Source: Wolbachia endosymbiont strain TRS of Brugia malayi (GTDB taxonomy: Bacteria; Pseudomonadota; Alphaproteobacteria; Rickettsiales; Anaplasmataceae). From it: DNA of 32,000 bases. Positions 1-9,500 of the stretch are shown one piece after another. Below the pieces are notes generated by a model. That model searched no databases and was not told where the DNA came from. It saw only the letters and a program-made list of their open reading frames with translations. The translations under genes and the position numbers were made by a program. Every line of letters starts with the position of its first letter. The stretch's first letter is position 1. The stretch lies in contig NC_006833.1 in assembly GCF_000008385.1 (NCBI RefSeq), forward strand, positions 810,001 to 842,000. Reading direction: 5' to 3'.

Positions 1-1212
1 AACACTTGCTACTATGAAAATCAAAGACATACCAATAAAGCCGGAATTCACCAAGCTTTTAAATATAAAAAGTTTAGCAAAAAAACCTGCAAGTGGAGGT
101 ATTCCCGCCATCGAAAATAATAGTATAGAAAGATGAAATGCCAAAACCGGACGCTTTTTTCCTATGCCAGATAAATTTGCAACACTGCAATCGTCATCAT
201 CAATTTGTATGAAATATGAGAACAATCCTATATTTGTAATGATATATATAACCAAATATATCAAGGAACTATCTGTCCCCATTCGTGTAAAGATAGAAAG
301 TGAAGCAAGTATAAAGCCAATATGACCAATTGAACTGTAAGCTAGAAGCCTCTTTAGATTCCTTTGGCGTAAAGCTCCAAAAGCTGAAATAAGTACGGAT
401 AGTGCTGAAATGTATAAAAGAACAGGTTGAAAATACTTTTCTACACCTACTAACTCCTCACCCATAAAAAATCGAATTAAAAACGTCACAAGTGCAGCTT
501 TTGGAACTGTAGAAAAAAATGCAGTTACTATAGTTGGTGCACCTTGATAGACATCTGGAGCCCACATATGAAAAGGAGCAATAGCAAGCTTGAAACATAA
601 ACCAATAAGGATAAGTACTAACCCAAAAACTATTCCATAAGTCATCTGATGATTTTCCAAAAATGAACTTAACTCAGAAAAATTGACCAGTCCCGTATAT
701 CCATAAAGTAGCGACATTCCATACAGCATGATGCAGGAAGATAACGCACTGAGTGTAAAATATTTTACTCCTGCCTCACATGAATAAACTGAATCCTTAT
801 TAAAGCTTGCAAGAACATATAAAGGTATACTCATCAACTCAAAAGATAAATAAAAAGAAATTAAATTATTTGCTGAAACCAGAGTTATCATGCCAAACAG
901 CGTAAAAAGAATTAGTATTGAAAATTCATACTCATAGTCATACTTTGATAAATTTAGCAGTAAAAGTACTAAAATTCCCGCAATAAGGATCAATCCCTGG
1001 GCTGACCTAATGTATAGATCGAGTTTCAACAATGAATTAAAGGGAAAAAACCCACTATCTTTCGCTGACAGAATTAAAATAATTAAAGTGATCACTGTGC
1101 AGCCAAGCGCCAATAAGTTAATAGTGCGGCGGTTAAATACAATTCCAAGCAGCAGCAATACTAACGAGGAAATAATAGAAAAAGTTTCCGGTAATATCTG
1201 TATGTAGCTCAT
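1..1212 (-). CDS. nuoN: NADH-quinone oxidoreductase subunit N (partial; C-terminus lies beyond the left edge)
   Basis: Not in the ORF track because it runs off the edge. Minus-strand ATG at 1212..1210 forms an ATGA overlap with the nuoM stop and opens MSYIQILPETFSIISSLVLLLLGIVF. I hand-translated both ends but did not check every codon in the middle. Near the left edge it reads LLFSMAGIPPLAGFFAKLFIF, a NuoN/ND2-type motif. It follows nuoM in operon order. Confidence 0.9.
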   Translation of the reverse strand, partial: MSYIQILPETFSIISSLVLLLLGIVFNRRTINLLALGCTVITLIILILSAKDSGFFPFNSLLKLDLYIRSAQGLILIAGILVLLLLNLSKYDYEYEFSILILFTLFGMITLVSANNLISFYLSFELMSIPLYVLASFNKDSVYSCEAGVKYFTLSALSSCIMLYGMSLLYGYTGLVNFSELSSFLENHQMTYGIVFGLVLILIGLCFKLAIAPFHMWAPDVYQGAPTIVTAFFSTVPKAALVTFLIRFFMGEELVGVEKYFQPVLLYISALSVLISAFGALRQRNLKRLLAYSSIGHIGFILASLSIFTRMGTDSSLIYLVIYIITNIGLFSYFIQIDDDDCSVANLSGIGKKRPVLAFHLSILLFSMAGIPPLAGFFAKLFIFKSLVNSGFIGMSLIFIVASV

Positions 1213-2651
1213 AGGGCATTATACTTGACTAACAAATTTACCATGTATGGCTTTAAATAATTCAGTGCAAGAGTTGGGTAGAATCCAAGCAAAATAACAA
1301 GCACTGCAAGCAGAACTAAGATAAAAAATTCTATCCTATCCAAGCGGTTATTTAACAATTTAGAATAGCTAACTCCCCATATTGTTTGCTTACATAAATT
1401 CAGCATATAAACTGCGCTCAAAACAGTGCCAAGTGCGATGAACCCTGTAAAAAACCCTATACTCTTAAATATCCCAACCATAGCCAAAAATTCACCTATA
1501 AACCCAGACGTTCCAGGTAGCCCTACCGAAGACATTGAAAATAGAATAAACATAAAACCAAATTTTGGCATTGTATTTACTATGCCGAAATACTTCGAAA
1601 TCTTCAAAGTTCCAGTTCGAGTATATAGCATTCCAACGCACAAAAATAAAGCAGAAGAAATAAGCCCATGACTGATCATTTGAAATATAGCACCAAGCAC
1701 TCCCTCTTCACAAAATGAAAAGAGGCCAGCAGTAACGATTCCCATATGTGCTATTGAAGAATAAGCTATTAATTTCTTTATATCATCCTGAGCAAATGCA
1801 ACTAGTGAAGCATATATTACTGCAATCGCGCTTAACACAATAATGAAATTTGCAAAGTGGAAACTTGCCTGAGGAAGCATTGGAATCGAGAATCTTAAAA
1901 ATCCGTATCCCCCCATTTTAATAAGCAACCCAGCCAAAACCACAGATCCAGAAGTTGGCGATTGCACATGTGCATCAGGAAGCCAAGTATGAAATGGAAC
2001 CATCGGTACTTTTATTGCAAAAGAAGCAAAAAATGCAATCCATAGCAATGACTGCACTTCAGGATCAAGACTTGGTACTAACGTAGCTAATTTCCTTATA
2101 TCAAACGTTCCAAAGATATTATGAATATATACTAATCCAAGCAAAAATAACAATGAACTAACCAGTGTATAGAGGAATAACTTAAATGCTGCATATATTC
2201 TCTGCTTCCCTCCCCAGACACCAATAATAAAGAATATTGGTACTAAAACAGCTTCAAAAAATACATAAAAGCTTATAGCACTTAGTGAAATAAAGAAACC
2301 AACTACAAAACCCTCAAGCAGTAAAAATAATGCCATACATGACTTGAGGGTCGTATAACTCATTTTGCAATTGTAGAGCATACAAATAACAAATAAGAAA
2401 GTTGTAAGTAGAAGGAAAAGCAACGATATACCATCCACTCCTATTCCAGCATTTTTAATTGGATAGCTGACAAACTGAAAGTCTGTATTGTTATAATCAA
2501 ACTTTATACAAACTACAATGCTAAGCAAAAATGGAAGTACAGAAAAAAGTAGAGAGATGAATCTTAGATATATTGATTTACAATCAATCTTGATTAAAGA
2601 TAAAATCAATGCTCCTATTAGCGGAAGCAAAAATATGCTAAGTAATAACAC
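1209..2651 (-). CDS. nuoM: NADH-quinone oxidoreductase subunit M
   Basis: 480-aa polytopic membrane ORF with NuoM/ND4 hallmarks (AIKVPMVPFHTWLPDAHVQSPTSGSVVLAG, KKLIAYSSIAHMG). Lies between nuoL and nuoN. Confidence 0.95.
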   Translation of the reverse strand: MLLLSIFLLPLIGALILSLIKIDCKSIYLRFISLLFSVLPFLLSIVVCIKFDYNNTDFQFVSYPIKNAGIGVDGISLLFLLLTTFLFVICMLYNCKMSYTTLKSCMALFLLLEGFVVGFFISLSAISFYVFFEAVLVPIFFIIGVWGGKQRIYAAFKLFLYTLVSSLLFLLGLVYIHNIFGTFDIRKLATLVPSLDPEVQSLLWIAFFASFAIKVPMVPFHTWLPDAHVQSPTSGSVVLAGLLIKMGGYGFLRFSIPMLPQASFHFANFIIVLSAIAVIYASLVAFAQDDIKKLIAYSSIAHMGIVTAGLFSFCEEGVLGAIFQMISHGLISSALFLCVGMLYTRTGTLKISKYFGIVNTMPKFGFMFILFSMSSVGLPGTSGFIGEFLAMVGIFKSIGFFTGFIALGTVLSAVYMLNLCKQTIWGVSYSKLLNNRLDRIEFFILVLLAVLVILLGFYPTLALNYLKPYMVNLLVKYNAL

Positions 2652-2654
2652 TGT

Positions 2655-4511
2655 TTATTTTATTCCAATAATATACAAAGCACTGATTACTAAAGTAACA
2701 AACATAACAAATGCATAATCAAATATATAGCCAGTTTGTAACTTTATAGCACCCTTTGAACATTCATCAACTAACCTTACAACACCATTTGGTCCAAATG
2801 AATCAATAGCCTTAACATCAAACTTCCATAGGAGCCTAGATACAAACTTCACCGGTGCAACTATAATAAGTCCGTATACTTCATCAAAGTACCATTTATC
2901 CTGTAAAAATTTAAGTAAAAATTTACCCTTAATTTGTTTTATTATTTGATAGTGGTAAACCAAATATGCAAATGTTACTCCACTTAGGCTCATTATGGTC
3001 GGTAATAATTTTATAAAGAAACTATGAACTGTATGCTCACTAACAACTACTAAACTTGACTTCCAGAATGTACTACTAGTTATGTTCAAAATATTTGTTC
3101 CCCACATTCCAGAAAATACTGATCCAAAAGCAAGTATCAGTAGTGGTATAAGCATAATCTTTGGTGCTTCATGTATATTGATTTTACTTTGTCTTTGGCT
3201 ATGAAATACAAGAAGTAACAACCTCCAAGAGTAAAGCGCTGTAAAGAATGCAATAACTAAGCTTACTACAAAAGCAAAACTATCCACACTATAAGCATGT
3301 TCAATTATTAAATCCTTTGAGTAAAAACCTGCAAATGGAAATATTCCAGAAAGTGCAAGAGATCCAATCCACATGAGAGCATAAGTGTAGGGAATTTCCT
3401 TCCAGCAATTTCCCATTTTTTGAATGTTTTGCTCATGATGCATTGCATGAATCACATTACCTGCACCAAGAAATAATAGAGCCTTAAAAAAGGCGTGCGT
3501 CATTAAATGAAAAATAGCAACATTGTAAGCAGAAAGGCCACACGCCATAAACATATAACCAAGTTGGCTGCAAGTTGAATAAGCAATTATTTTCTTTATA
3601 TTATTTTGAGTAATTGCAACGGTAGCTGCGAAAAAAGCAGTGAGCGCACCAACAGTAACTATTAACTCTTGCGTTACATTTGATAGCTTAAACAATGGAG
3701 AACATTTTGCTACTAAAAATATACCAGCTGTCACCATCGTTGCTGCATGAATAAGCGCAGATACGGGAGTTGGCCCTTCCATCGCATCCGGCAGCCAAAT
3801 ATGTAAGCCAAACTGAGCAGATTTACCCATACAGCCAATAAAAAGTAATACACATATTATATGAATTACTTTAAACTCACAGCAGAATGTCCTGATGTTC
3901 TGTGCACCAAAAAGGTCAGCCGTGCTAAAAACTTCAGTAAAATTCAAAGAATGAAACTTATAATAAATAAGAAAAATTCCAATTAATAGCGCAAAGTCTC
4001 CTATCCTATTTACAATAAATGCCTTGACTGCAGCATTATTTGCAGAATATTTTTGAAACCAAAATCCTATGAGCAAATAAGAGCATAAGCCAACTCCCTC
4101 CCAGCCAAAGAAAAGTTGGACGAAATTGTCGCTTACAACTAGCACAATCATACAAAACGTAAATAGTGATAGGTAAGAAAAGAACCTAGACTTCCCCTTA
4201 TCATGCTCCATATAACCAACAGAATAGAGATGAACTACCAGCGAAATAGTAGTAATTACAATTAGCATCAAAGATGAAAGAGCATCAATACTAACTGCCC
4301 AATCTACTTTCAGGATGCTCAATGAAAGCAGAGGAAATAAAACAACATGATGATTTTTAGAGAAGTTGAGAAAAATATACCAAGACAAAGCTGCAGATAT
4401 TCCAATCCCTGCAATTGTAATTAACTGGCTAAAAATGTCCCTTCTAAAGAACGCTGCAAATAATGAACCAAAAAGTGGCAAAAATACTATCAATTTTAGT
4501 ATACCTGTCAT
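2655..4511 (-). CDS. nuoL: NADH-quinone oxidoreductase subunit L
   Basis: 618-aa ORF with NuoL/ND5 hallmarks (GWEGVGLCSYLLIGFW, HIWLPDAMEGPTPVSALIHAATMVTAG, KKIIAYSTCSQLGYM). Confidence 0.95.
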   Translation of the reverse strand: MTGILKLIVFLPLFGSLFAAFFRRDIFSQLITIAGIGISAALSWYIFLNFSKNHHVVLFPLLSLSILKVDWAVSIDALSSLMLIVITTISLVVHLYSVGYMEHDKGKSRFFSYLSLFTFCMIVLVVSDNFVQLFFGWEGVGLCSYLLIGFWFQKYSANNAAVKAFIVNRIGDFALLIGIFLIYYKFHSLNFTEVFSTADLFGAQNIRTFCCEFKVIHIICVLLFIGCMGKSAQFGLHIWLPDAMEGPTPVSALIHAATMVTAGIFLVAKCSPLFKLSNVTQELIVTVGALTAFFAATVAITQNNIKKIIAYSTCSQLGYMFMACGLSAYNVAIFHLMTHAFFKALLFLGAGNVIHAMHHEQNIQKMGNCWKEIPYTYALMWIGSLALSGIFPFAGFYSKDLIIEHAYSVDSFAFVVSLVIAFFTALYSWRLLLLVFHSQRQSKINIHEAPKIMLIPLLILAFGSVFSGMWGTNILNITSSTFWKSSLVVVSEHTVHSFFIKLLPTIMSLSGVTFAYLVYHYQIIKQIKGKFLLKFLQDKWYFDEVYGLIIVAPVKFVSRLLWKFDVKAIDSFGPNGVVRLVDECSKGAIKLQTGYIFDYAFVMFVTLVISALYIIGIK

Positions 4512-4515
4512 ACCT

Positions 4516-4824
4516 TCATTCTTTCATTAAATTTGCTTGCTCAACATCTATGTTGCCACGTCTCCTATAATGCACAACCAGTATTGTAAGTCCTATACCC
4601 GACTCTGCTGCAGCAACAGTCAACACAAACATGACAAAAAATTGCCCAACTATATCATGCATAAAGGCAGAAAAAGCAACTAAGTTGATATTAACTGCCA
4701 GAAGTAATATTTCCACTGATAACAGTATATTAATTATGCTCTTACGGTTGATAAAAATACCGCACACTCCAATAGTAAACAAAATAGCAGCAACTACCAA
4801 GAAATGATTCAATCCTACTTCCAT
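4516..4824 (-). CDS. nuoK: NADH-quinone oxidoreductase subunit K
   Basis: 102-aa three-helix membrane ORF ([25 protein letters not shown]) of NuoK/ND4L type. Overlaps the nuoJ 3' end by 10 nt. Confidence 0.92.
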   Translation of the reverse strand: MEVGLNHFLVVAAILFTIGVCGIFINRKSIINILLSVEILLLAVNINLVAFSAFMHDIVGQFFVMFVLTVAAAESGIGLTILVVHYRRRGNIDVEQANLMKE

Positions 4825-5402
4825 TCCACTCCTTTTCCAAACTTAGCCTTAACCAACTTTACAGACGAAGACTGTGTCAATTGCTTTAATACATTCTGTC
4901 TTTTAATTCCCTTCTTCTTGTCCTGCAAAGTAAGAGCAATTGCACCAACAATCGCAACAAGCAGTAAAATACCGGAAAGATGAAAGGCATACATATAGTC
5001 AGTATACAACAAATCACCAATAGCTTTCACGTTATTGGCATTATAGTCTATAACACTGCTTATATTCAGTACTGAGCTGCAGATTACAAAGCTGATAACC
5101 AGAAAAAACACAACACATAATATAATACTAAAAGTGAAATGCTTTGCAAAACCTTGGTGTATTCTTATATAATCAATATCAAGCATCATAACCACAAAGA
5201 GGAATAATACTGCAACCGCACCGATGTACACTATCAATACCATCATAGCAATAAACTCAGCCCCAAGGAGGATAAAAAGTACTGTAGAGCTAACGAAGGT
5301 AAAAATCAAAAATAACACTGCATGTACAGGATTCCTTACGCTAATCACACAAACAGCAGATAAAATGCTCAAAATCGAAAAAAAATAAAAGAAAAAAGGC
5401 AT
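4815..5402 (-). CDS. nuoJ: NADH-quinone oxidoreductase subunit J
   Basis: 195-aa hydrophobic ORF heading the J-K-L-M-N run. N-terminal helices ([40 protein letters not shown]) are NuoJ/ND6-like. Confidence 0.88.
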   Translation of the reverse strand: MPFFFYFFSILSILSAVCVISVRNPVHAVLFLIFTFVSSTVLFILLGAEFIAMMVLIVYIGAVAVLFLFVVMMLDIDYIRIHQGFAKHFTFSIILCVVFFLVISFVICSSVLNISSVIDYNANNVKAIGDLLYTDYMYAFHLSGILLLVAIVGAIALTLQDKKKGIKRQNVLKQLTQSSSVKLVKAKFGKGVEWK

Positions 5403-5692
5403 TAATACTTTAACTGCAATAACAGTTACTAATTTAAAGTAACTATTATTGTAAAGTCAACAAACTTCTCGCACAGCAGCGTATTGAATACATAGAAACT
5501 ACTTGATAAATTTCAACAACCTCATTATCACAGTACCAATGGTATTTGTGAATTCACAACTTATTTTTGACCTGCAGGTTTAACAATAAAATTCAGTAAA
5601 AAAACTCAGGTGTTTATTGGTGGATTACATCAAATTATTGCGGCTGCATGTCTTTTAAGTTTTTCTACATACAGCCAAATCGAGCTTAAGCT

Positions 5693-5805
5693 AAGCGTCA
5701 ACATATTACTACAGCGCCAGTTTAAATTACTATAGGAGTCAAAACTCACTACCAGGTTTTTCTGTCTTTTTTTCGATTAGTAAGTTTCTTAGCACTCTCA
5801 GTTGC
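5693..5805 (+). repeat. Dispersed intergenic repeat, copy C1 (same family as 9305-9425 and 16763-16886)
   Basis: aagcgtcaac...ctaccaggtttttctgtctttttttcgattagtaagtttcttagc aligns by eye with the cores at 9361-9425 and 16821-16886, in the same orientation. Confidence 0.65.
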
Positions 5806-5850
5806 AATCTAAAAGCAAGAATAAAAAACACCAATATTTTGAAGTAAATA

Positions 5851-5900
5851 CAGTCACCACAGGGTTTCTTTTGCTTTTTTTTATGTAAGAAAATTATAGC
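5851..5900 (+). repeat. Dispersed intergenic repeat, core-only copy C2, tandem to C1
   Basis: cagtcaccacagggtttcttttgcttttttttatgtaagaaaattatagc matches the core (..acagg-ttt-ctt-gc-T run-..taa-aa-tt-tagc) about 50 nt after copy C1. Confidence 0.6.
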
Positions 5901-6013
5901 AAACTAAGTTTTGCTGAAATGTAACTTTTCAAAATTTTACAAAAACCCCCTGACAAAAAGGTTGACCTGCTTTTTTAGTGTTTATAACAGGGCGAGGTTG
6001 TCAAATAGCATAG

Positions 6014-6331
6014 GTGATGCGTAATTTTCTGCAAGCAAAAAAGTATTTAATCTTATTAATCTTTAGTATAAATGTTTGTTATGCAGAAAATGTTTTACTA
6101 CAAACTCCACAAAAGGTTTCCGCAGAAGATATCGACAGAATAACAGCTAATCAGTCAGTAGTATGTGTTTTACCTAGTAGAACGGAAACAATTACATATG
6201 AAATGGTGTTAGAATTTCCGCATAGACCAGGAAACAGCAAACTAGGGTTCCAACTTACCTTTAGTGGTAAAAAATTAATTAAAGAATTAACAAAGCAAGA
6301 AAACGTTTTGTTCAGCAATAAAGAAGGATAA
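6014..6331 (+). CDS. Hypothetical secreted protein; probably the N-terminal fragment of the decayed SIR2-like gene downstream
   Basis: 105-aa ORF (GTG 6014 or ATG 6017) with a signal-peptide-like start, KKYLILLIFSINVCYA followed by EN. It stops inside an A8 run (6330-6337), and the downstream SIR2-like frame is already open from 6291. Confidence 0.5.
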   Translation: MMRNFLQAKKYLILLIFSINVCYAENVLLQTPQKVSAEDIDRITANQSVVCVLPSRTETITYEMVLEFPHRPGNSKLGFQLTFSGKKLIKELTKQENVLFSNKEG

Positions 6332-6332
6332 A

Positions 6333-7058
6333 AAAAATTACGAACATGGTTGTGTGGCTAATAGCAAAAAACCAAGTAGTAAAAAGTTAAATAATGCCTC
6401 TCGTTTTACTCAATCTTTGTATGTACAAAATACAACCCCAGATAGGATGTTGGTACCACAAATTGCTAAACTCATCAGTGACAAGAATGTAATTTTCTAG
6501 ACTGGCGCTGAAATATCAGCACCAGTAGTACCAGATGTATCTGAGCTTAACAAACAACTTGGGGTAGCTTCTTACGATCGCAATCTAAAGCAATATGATG
6601 CTGTTGCAGCTATCCATAAAATTCTTAAAGAATCAAAGTTTTTAAAATACAGATAATCTTTACAAAACTTATTTTTATGGGATACCAACCACGGTTCATT
6701 ATGCAGTAAAAAACACAGTTCCACTTAAAAATTGGTAGCTACTAACTGTAAATGTGGATTTACTTCACCAATGTTCAGGGGCTGAGATTTTAGGAAATAT
6801 GAGTAGCAAAATGAATTTTGATTGGCTAATAAATAACATCAAATCAGAACATTTAAAACAAATTGATTTTGTTGTTACTTGTGGGCTTAGTAGTGACAAA
6901 GCTGGGTTTCTTGCTTTGTATAAAAACACAACCCTAAAGGAAAAATAATCGCAATGGACCCAGCGCAACCAAATTATTTAGGGAATGATGACATTTTGGT
7001 AGCTGGTTATCTGCAAGAAATTTTGCCTGATCTATTTGAAAATTTGCCTCAGCTTTAA
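6333..7058 (+). pseudogene. SIR2 (sirtuin-fold) family pseudogene
   Basis: Three frames together give a collinear Sir2 domain. IAKLISDKNVIF*TGAEISAP matches the GAGIS NAD loop. PTTVHYAV..W*LLTVNVDLLHQCSGAEILGN matches P..H.A..TQNID.LH..AG. IDFVVTCGLSS matches the IGTS strand. IIAMDPAQP..EILPDLFENL matches the C-terminal strand and helix. In-frame stops at 6498-6500, 6654-6656, 6736-6738 and 6946-6948, plus frame changes. Confidence 0.6.
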
Positions 7059-7132
7059 TTACGTGAGAATAAAAATTTTACAGAGCACAAACAATAAGGT
7101 TAACTTATGTAACTATATTTGTTAGGGCTGCA

Positions 7133-9049
7133 ATGAACGATTATCTCTCACTGCTAAATCCGGAACAACAATCAGCTGTAACTAAAGTAGATGGGCCAGT
7201 TTTGATACTGGCTGGGGCTGGAACAGGAAAGACAAGAACGATTACTTCAAGAATAGCACATATAATTCGAAATGGTTACGCTCATTCTGATGAGATATTG
7301 GCAGTCACATTCACAAACAAAGCAGCAAATGAAATGGTATCAAGAGTGCTCAAACTCACGGGTACAAATATACTATGGCTTGGCACTTTCCATGCAATTG
7401 CAGCAAAAATTTTACGTCGTCACGCTGATATTGTGGGCTTAAACCCCAATTTTACAATTATTGGCGTGGATGACCAACTACAAGTAATAAAAAATATTAT
7501 TAATGAAGTAAGCCCCAATAATTTGTCAGAAAAACATAGTACCATTATGAACACAATTCAAAAATGGAAAGAAAAGTGCTTACTGCCGTCAGAAGTGGAA
7601 GAAACTCAACTATTTAGGCCAATATACATAATTGCATTAAAAGTTTATCACCAATATCAGGAAAGGCTAAAGTTCCTTAACTCCGTTGATTTTGGCGATT
7701 TACTACTGTATAATATACAACTCTTCAATCAAAAAACTGAAATTCTGTCCTATTATCAGGGCAAGTTTAAATATATTATGGTAGATGAGTACCAAGATAC
7801 AAATGTAATACAATATCTTTGGCTAAAATACCTTGCAAAAGAGCACTCAAATATTTGTTGTGTGGGAGATGACGATCAATCGATATATAGCTGGCGTGGT
7901 GCAGAGGTTAAAAACATTTTGAAATTTTCCGACGATTTTAAAAATGCAAAAATCATCAAACTAGAGTGTAATTACAGATCAACATCTCATATACTTGCAA
8001 CTGCGTCATATGTCATCAATCACAATAAAACTCGCTTAGAAAAAAAATTGTGGACAACAAACATCAAAGGGGAAAAGGTAAATTTAATAAAATTATGGGA
8101 TGGAAAAGCTGAAGCAAGATTCATAAGTGAACAGATATTAAAGCTTAATAAATACAGATTCAGCGACATGGCAGTACTGGTTAGGGCTACTTTCCAAACT
8201 AGAGTTCTGGAAGAGTATTTTATAAAATATTCGATTCCCTATAAGATTATAAGTGGCGTAAAATTCTATGAACGTCAAGAAGTCAGGGATGTAATTGCAT
8301 ATTTAAGACTCGTTACAAACAATAATGATGACTTAGCTTTTGAAAGAATAGTGAATCGGCCAAAAAGAAGCATAGGACCTACCACTTTAAAAAAGATATA
8401 CACGGTTGCTCAAGGTAACAAAACTTCTTTTTTCGAAGCGGCAAAAATATTAGTTAATAGTAATCAGGTAATTGAGAAAATTAAACTTTCACTAAATGAT
8501 TTTTTTAATAAAATTAAAGCTTGGGAAGAAATGATAAGTGTCAAACCACTACACAAGTTTGTTAAAACTATAGCGAACCAATCGGGATATATTGAAATGC
8601 TTGAAAATGAAGAAGTAACAGGCTTAGCACGAATAGAAAATGTCAAGGAGCTCATTTCATCTTTAAAAAATTTTGACAATGCTACAACTTTCTTGGAGCA
8701 TATAAGCTTAGTTATGGAAGTGGATAATATGAATAATGACGATACCGTACACGTCATGACTCTTCACGCAGCTAAGGGGCTTGAATTTCCATGTGTGTTC
8801 TTACCTGGTTGGGAAGAAGGGCTATTTCCCCACCAAAGGTCTTTTGAAGATAAAAGTGGCAAAGCCTTAGAAGAAGAAAGAAGGCTTGCATATGTTGGAA
8901 TAACTAGAGCAAAGGAAAAGTTAATCATTTCATGTGCAGACAGAAGGGAAATTAATAACCAGTGGCAACCAATGTACGCTTCGCGATTTCTTAAAGAGCT
9001 GCCAAGGGAAAATGTTGAAGTAATTAAGAGTAATATTGCCTACTGTTGA
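7133..9049 (+). CDS. uvrD: ATP-dependent DNA helicase, UvrD/Rep/PcrA family
   Basis: 638-aa ORF with SF1 helicase motifs (LNPEQQSAV, ILAGAGTGKTRT, VTFTNKAA, IMVDEYQDTN, VGDDDQSIYSWRGA, NYRS, MTLHAAKGLEFP, RRLAYVGITRA). Confidence 0.95.
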   Translation: MNDYLSLLNPEQQSAVTKVDGPVLILAGAGTGKTRTITSRIAHIIRNGYAHSDEILAVTFTNKAANEMVSRVLKLTGTNILWLGTFHAIAAKILRRHADIVGLNPNFTIIGVDDQLQVIKNIINEVSPNNLSEKHSTIMNTIQKWKEKCLLPSEVEETQLFRPIYIIALKVYHQYQERLKFLNSVDFGDLLLYNIQLFNQKTEILSYYQGKFKYIMVDEYQDTNVIQYLWLKYLAKEHSNICCVGDDDQSIYSWRGAEVKNILKFSDDFKNAKIIKLECNYRSTSHILATASYVINHNKTRLEKKLWTTNIKGEKVNLIKLWDGKAEARFISEQILKLNKYRFSDMAVLVRATFQTRVLEEYFIKYSIPYKIISGVKFYERQEVRDVIAYLRLVTNNNDDLAFERIVNRPKRSIGPTTLKKIYTVAQGNKTSFFEAAKILVNSNQVIEKIKLSLNDFFNKIKAWEEMISVKPLHKFVKTIANQSGYIEMLENEEVTGLARIENVKELISSLKNFDNATTFLEHISLVMEVDNMNNDDTVHVMTLHAAKGLEFPCVFLPGWEEGLFPHQRSFEDKSGKALEEERRLAYVGITRAKEKLIISCADRREINNQWQPMYASRFLKELPRENVEVIKSNIAYC

Positions 9050-9145
9050 AACAGGCAATTTTGCTATGTTTATACAGTTGTAGGCCAAGTTATAGAATGG
9101 CAGAAACAAAGCTATAAAAAAATTACTTGATACATTTTCTAGTCT

Positions 9146-9165
9146 CCTTATTATCGATAATAAGG
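9146..9165. terminator. Perfect 20-bp palindrome ccttattatcgataataagg; candidate uvrD terminator or operator
   Basis: The sequence is self-complementary, lies about 100 nt after the uvrD stop, and is followed by ttgttt. The stem is AT-rich and the U tract weak, so function is uncertain. Confidence 0.25.
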
Positions 9166-9304
9166 TTGTTTCACAATTTAAAGCCTATCGAAAGTCAAGA
9201 CCTAGGGGGTGTATTTTTTAGTATGTTGCACTTAATTTCTAGGGTGTCTTTGCTGCATTCTTCTGAGCTTTTTCTATAACAGGGTTGCTATACCTAATAC
9301 TATG

Positions 9305-9425
9305 AATCACGCTTATTAAGTGTTATCAAAAAACGTCAACATTATAAAATGGGTGGTGAATAACTGGCCACTACAGGTTTTCCTTTGCCTTTTTTTATTT
9401 AGTAAAATTTCTTAATATTTATAGC
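9305..9425 (+). repeat. Dispersed intergenic repeat, copy A
   Basis: aatcacgcttattaag..aaaaaacgtcaac..gtgaataactggccactacaggttttcctttgcctttttttatttagtaaaatttcttaatatttatagc aligns along its whole length with 16763-16886, roughly four in five positions by eye. Confidence 0.75.
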
Positions 9426-9500
9426 TAAAGATTATAATAAAGATATTGTGATGGCATGACAAGAAAATCTAGTCCGTGTTAGTTATAAAATTTAATTTAC

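Noticed and set aside
1010-2718. Plus-strand ORFs 1010-1207, 1426-1671 and 2518-2718
   Set aside because: They are antisense shadows within nuoN, nuoM and nuoL.
8464-8757. 97-aa minus-strand ORF inside uvrD
   Set aside because: It is antisense to a gene with complete helicase motifs.
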